64,000 bases of DNA from Balanoglossus misakiensis (lineage: Eukaryota; Animalia; Hemichordata), in contig CM082583.2 in the NCBI GenBank assembly GCA_040954595.2, positions 5,764,849 through 5,828,848 on the forward strand, given 5' to 3'. How positions within the stretch are numbered: the stretch's first letter is position 1; the number at the start of each line of letters is the position of its first letter. Positions 62,074-64,000 of this stretch are shown piece by piece. The notes under the pieces are model-generated. The model searched no databases and had not been told where the DNA came from. It saw nothing but the letters and a program-made list of their open reading frames with translations. Both the position numbers and the translations under genes were made by a program.

Positions 62074-64000
62074 GCCATTAGTGTTATGTCGCAATAACAC
62101 GTCATGTATCCACGATAATTCAGAATTTTTGGCTGTTGAGTAAAACTAAAACTGGCTGGCGAACTTCTCTCTATTAAAGAAACTTCTACATTTCCTTAAC
62201 AGAACTGGTGCACTTTTCTATCATACACGTATCTTTGTTCCAATATTCAAACGCACATTAAAATTCAATGTAGTAACCGGTGACTATAAAGAAGGCGTTA
62301 ATTATTCAACCGAAAGAGGACGAGCAAATGCATCATACTTCTGCACCAGCGGCAAGATATCATTTACATACAGTAATACAATATAATTTGAATGTTTTAT
62401 TACTGACATGGAATAATATTTTATTTGTGTCTTATGAAACTTAACTCTAAATTTAAGAACAGGGCCAGTTTCTATCCGGGAAAGGAAACAGTTTCAAGAC
62501 AACGTAATTCATATATTCGTCCTTGTATACAAATATAAATTGGGAATATGAGCACTGATAATGTCGACCGACAGGGCTGTACAAATCAAGCAAAGGAGTT
62601 AATACGTTATTCTTATCGCCATATGCGATCGTCAGCTGAAATTGAAAATCCATATCCACGACGCTCGGCGTCAATATTTCGCCACCGTGACACAGACAGG
62701 ACTCTGAACTTTGACCTTTTTACTTATGTATGCAAGCTGGAAATATTCAGCCTTGTCGTTACGCGACCGAAATACAGAATAACGTTAGAAAATTTACAAT
62801 CTTCTTGCGGAGGCTCAGGACGACGCCTTTGAAAAGCGCTACTTTCTAGTCAAGTCTTCCAGTTCGGAATCAATTTATATATAAACAGATAAAATCAGGT
62901 TTTTCTGCACTAGGTTGCACACTATCAATCAATGTAAGGTAGGGTGTGTGTGTAAACATTCGACTCAGGTGTCGGACTGATATTAAATGGATAGGTTAGA
63001 GTTTGTTACGCTGCATAGGCCTATAACCGCGTGAAATAGTCACTGGGTGCGTTATTCGTGTCAAGCGAATCTAGCTTCCTTCGTTGGTTAATTGCAACTA
63101 TAGTCTGGTCTGTAAGAATTTGTACTTTTTATACGGGATAACACGATCTTTTTTCTTCAACCGTCAGAGGACACTTGCACTGTGCCTGGAGTTTCGAGTT
63201 GCATGAAGATCGCCCTCTAGAGCAATTAATAAAAGAACATTCACGTTGTGTTCTGATTGCTGTTGATAGCGTTTATGTTGTTTGTAGTATCGGACATATA
63301 TACTGTCAACAGTTGATAGATCTGCTGGTGGTTGATATTTTTTTAGCATGATCATATGGACTTTTCGCTAACTGATTGTTCATCAGTTTCTAAAGGAAAC
63401 AGCGCAAAATTATGAAACAGCATATATTATTGATCGTCTACTGATATTACCAATACATGTATATACCTTCATTATGATGTGCGTGCAGGTGTCTCCCTGT
63501 CGTCCAGTCCCAATATAATAAAATATTTATTCGCCTGCTTTACGTTACAATACATACCCAATACAACATTTATACGAATTTACTTGCACATAAAATATTT
63601 CAAGGCGAGTTAATTACATTGGTGAAGTTTGATGGCCACGTCAGGATTGGGATATGTTTTATTCATTCTTTAACATTTACTAAAAATCTGTGTTAGCCGC
63701 TCACGACACAAGGACCAGGCCATGTTTTGTCGGCATTGATGAAAAATGGACTCCCTTGCTATATATTCATATTTGCCCTAAGAAGTTGGCGTCGTATGAA
63801 TTCTTTTCGAGCCCTGACCAAAACCGATTATAGATTATAAAGGTGGTTTCTTAAGAAATGGCAATCCTTTCTGCAATGCCTATTGTGTCAGGAACGGCGC
63901 CTAATAGAATAAGCATATCCAAACCACGACAAACCAACGGGATGAATTTTTATGTTGATAAATAAACAATTATCCCCGGTATCGGTAATCACCGCAAGCA

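Overview
Gene-poor animal (metazoan) genomic DNA. An invertebrate deuterostome such as a hemichordate is plausible from the receptor type and microsatellite spectrum, but that is inference only. There is one convincing protein-coding gene: a single-exon class A GPCR at 10320-11285 (+, 321 aa) of the vasopressin/oxytocin-NPS/CCAP-GnRH receptor superfamily. It looks most like orphan GPR150-type receptors and has altered activation motifs (DRF, CGLP, NPFIF), a TATA/Inr promoter, a strong-Kozak uORF and candidate poly(A) signals about 1.45 kb past the stop. About 25 kb (29868-55118) is a complete tandem array of roughly 287 copies of an AT-rich 88-bp satellite. The monomer is built largely from dyad symmetries and phased A/T tracts. 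The array has degenerate edges, variable-length higher-order blocks, successive variant domains and an internally duplicated edge block, and it ends directly in a (TATG)n microsatellite. The rest is non-coding sequence with microsatellites and candidate cis-regulatory motifs (RFX X-boxes, CREs). No CRISPR array, intact tRNA/rRNA gene or transposase/RT ORF was recognised.
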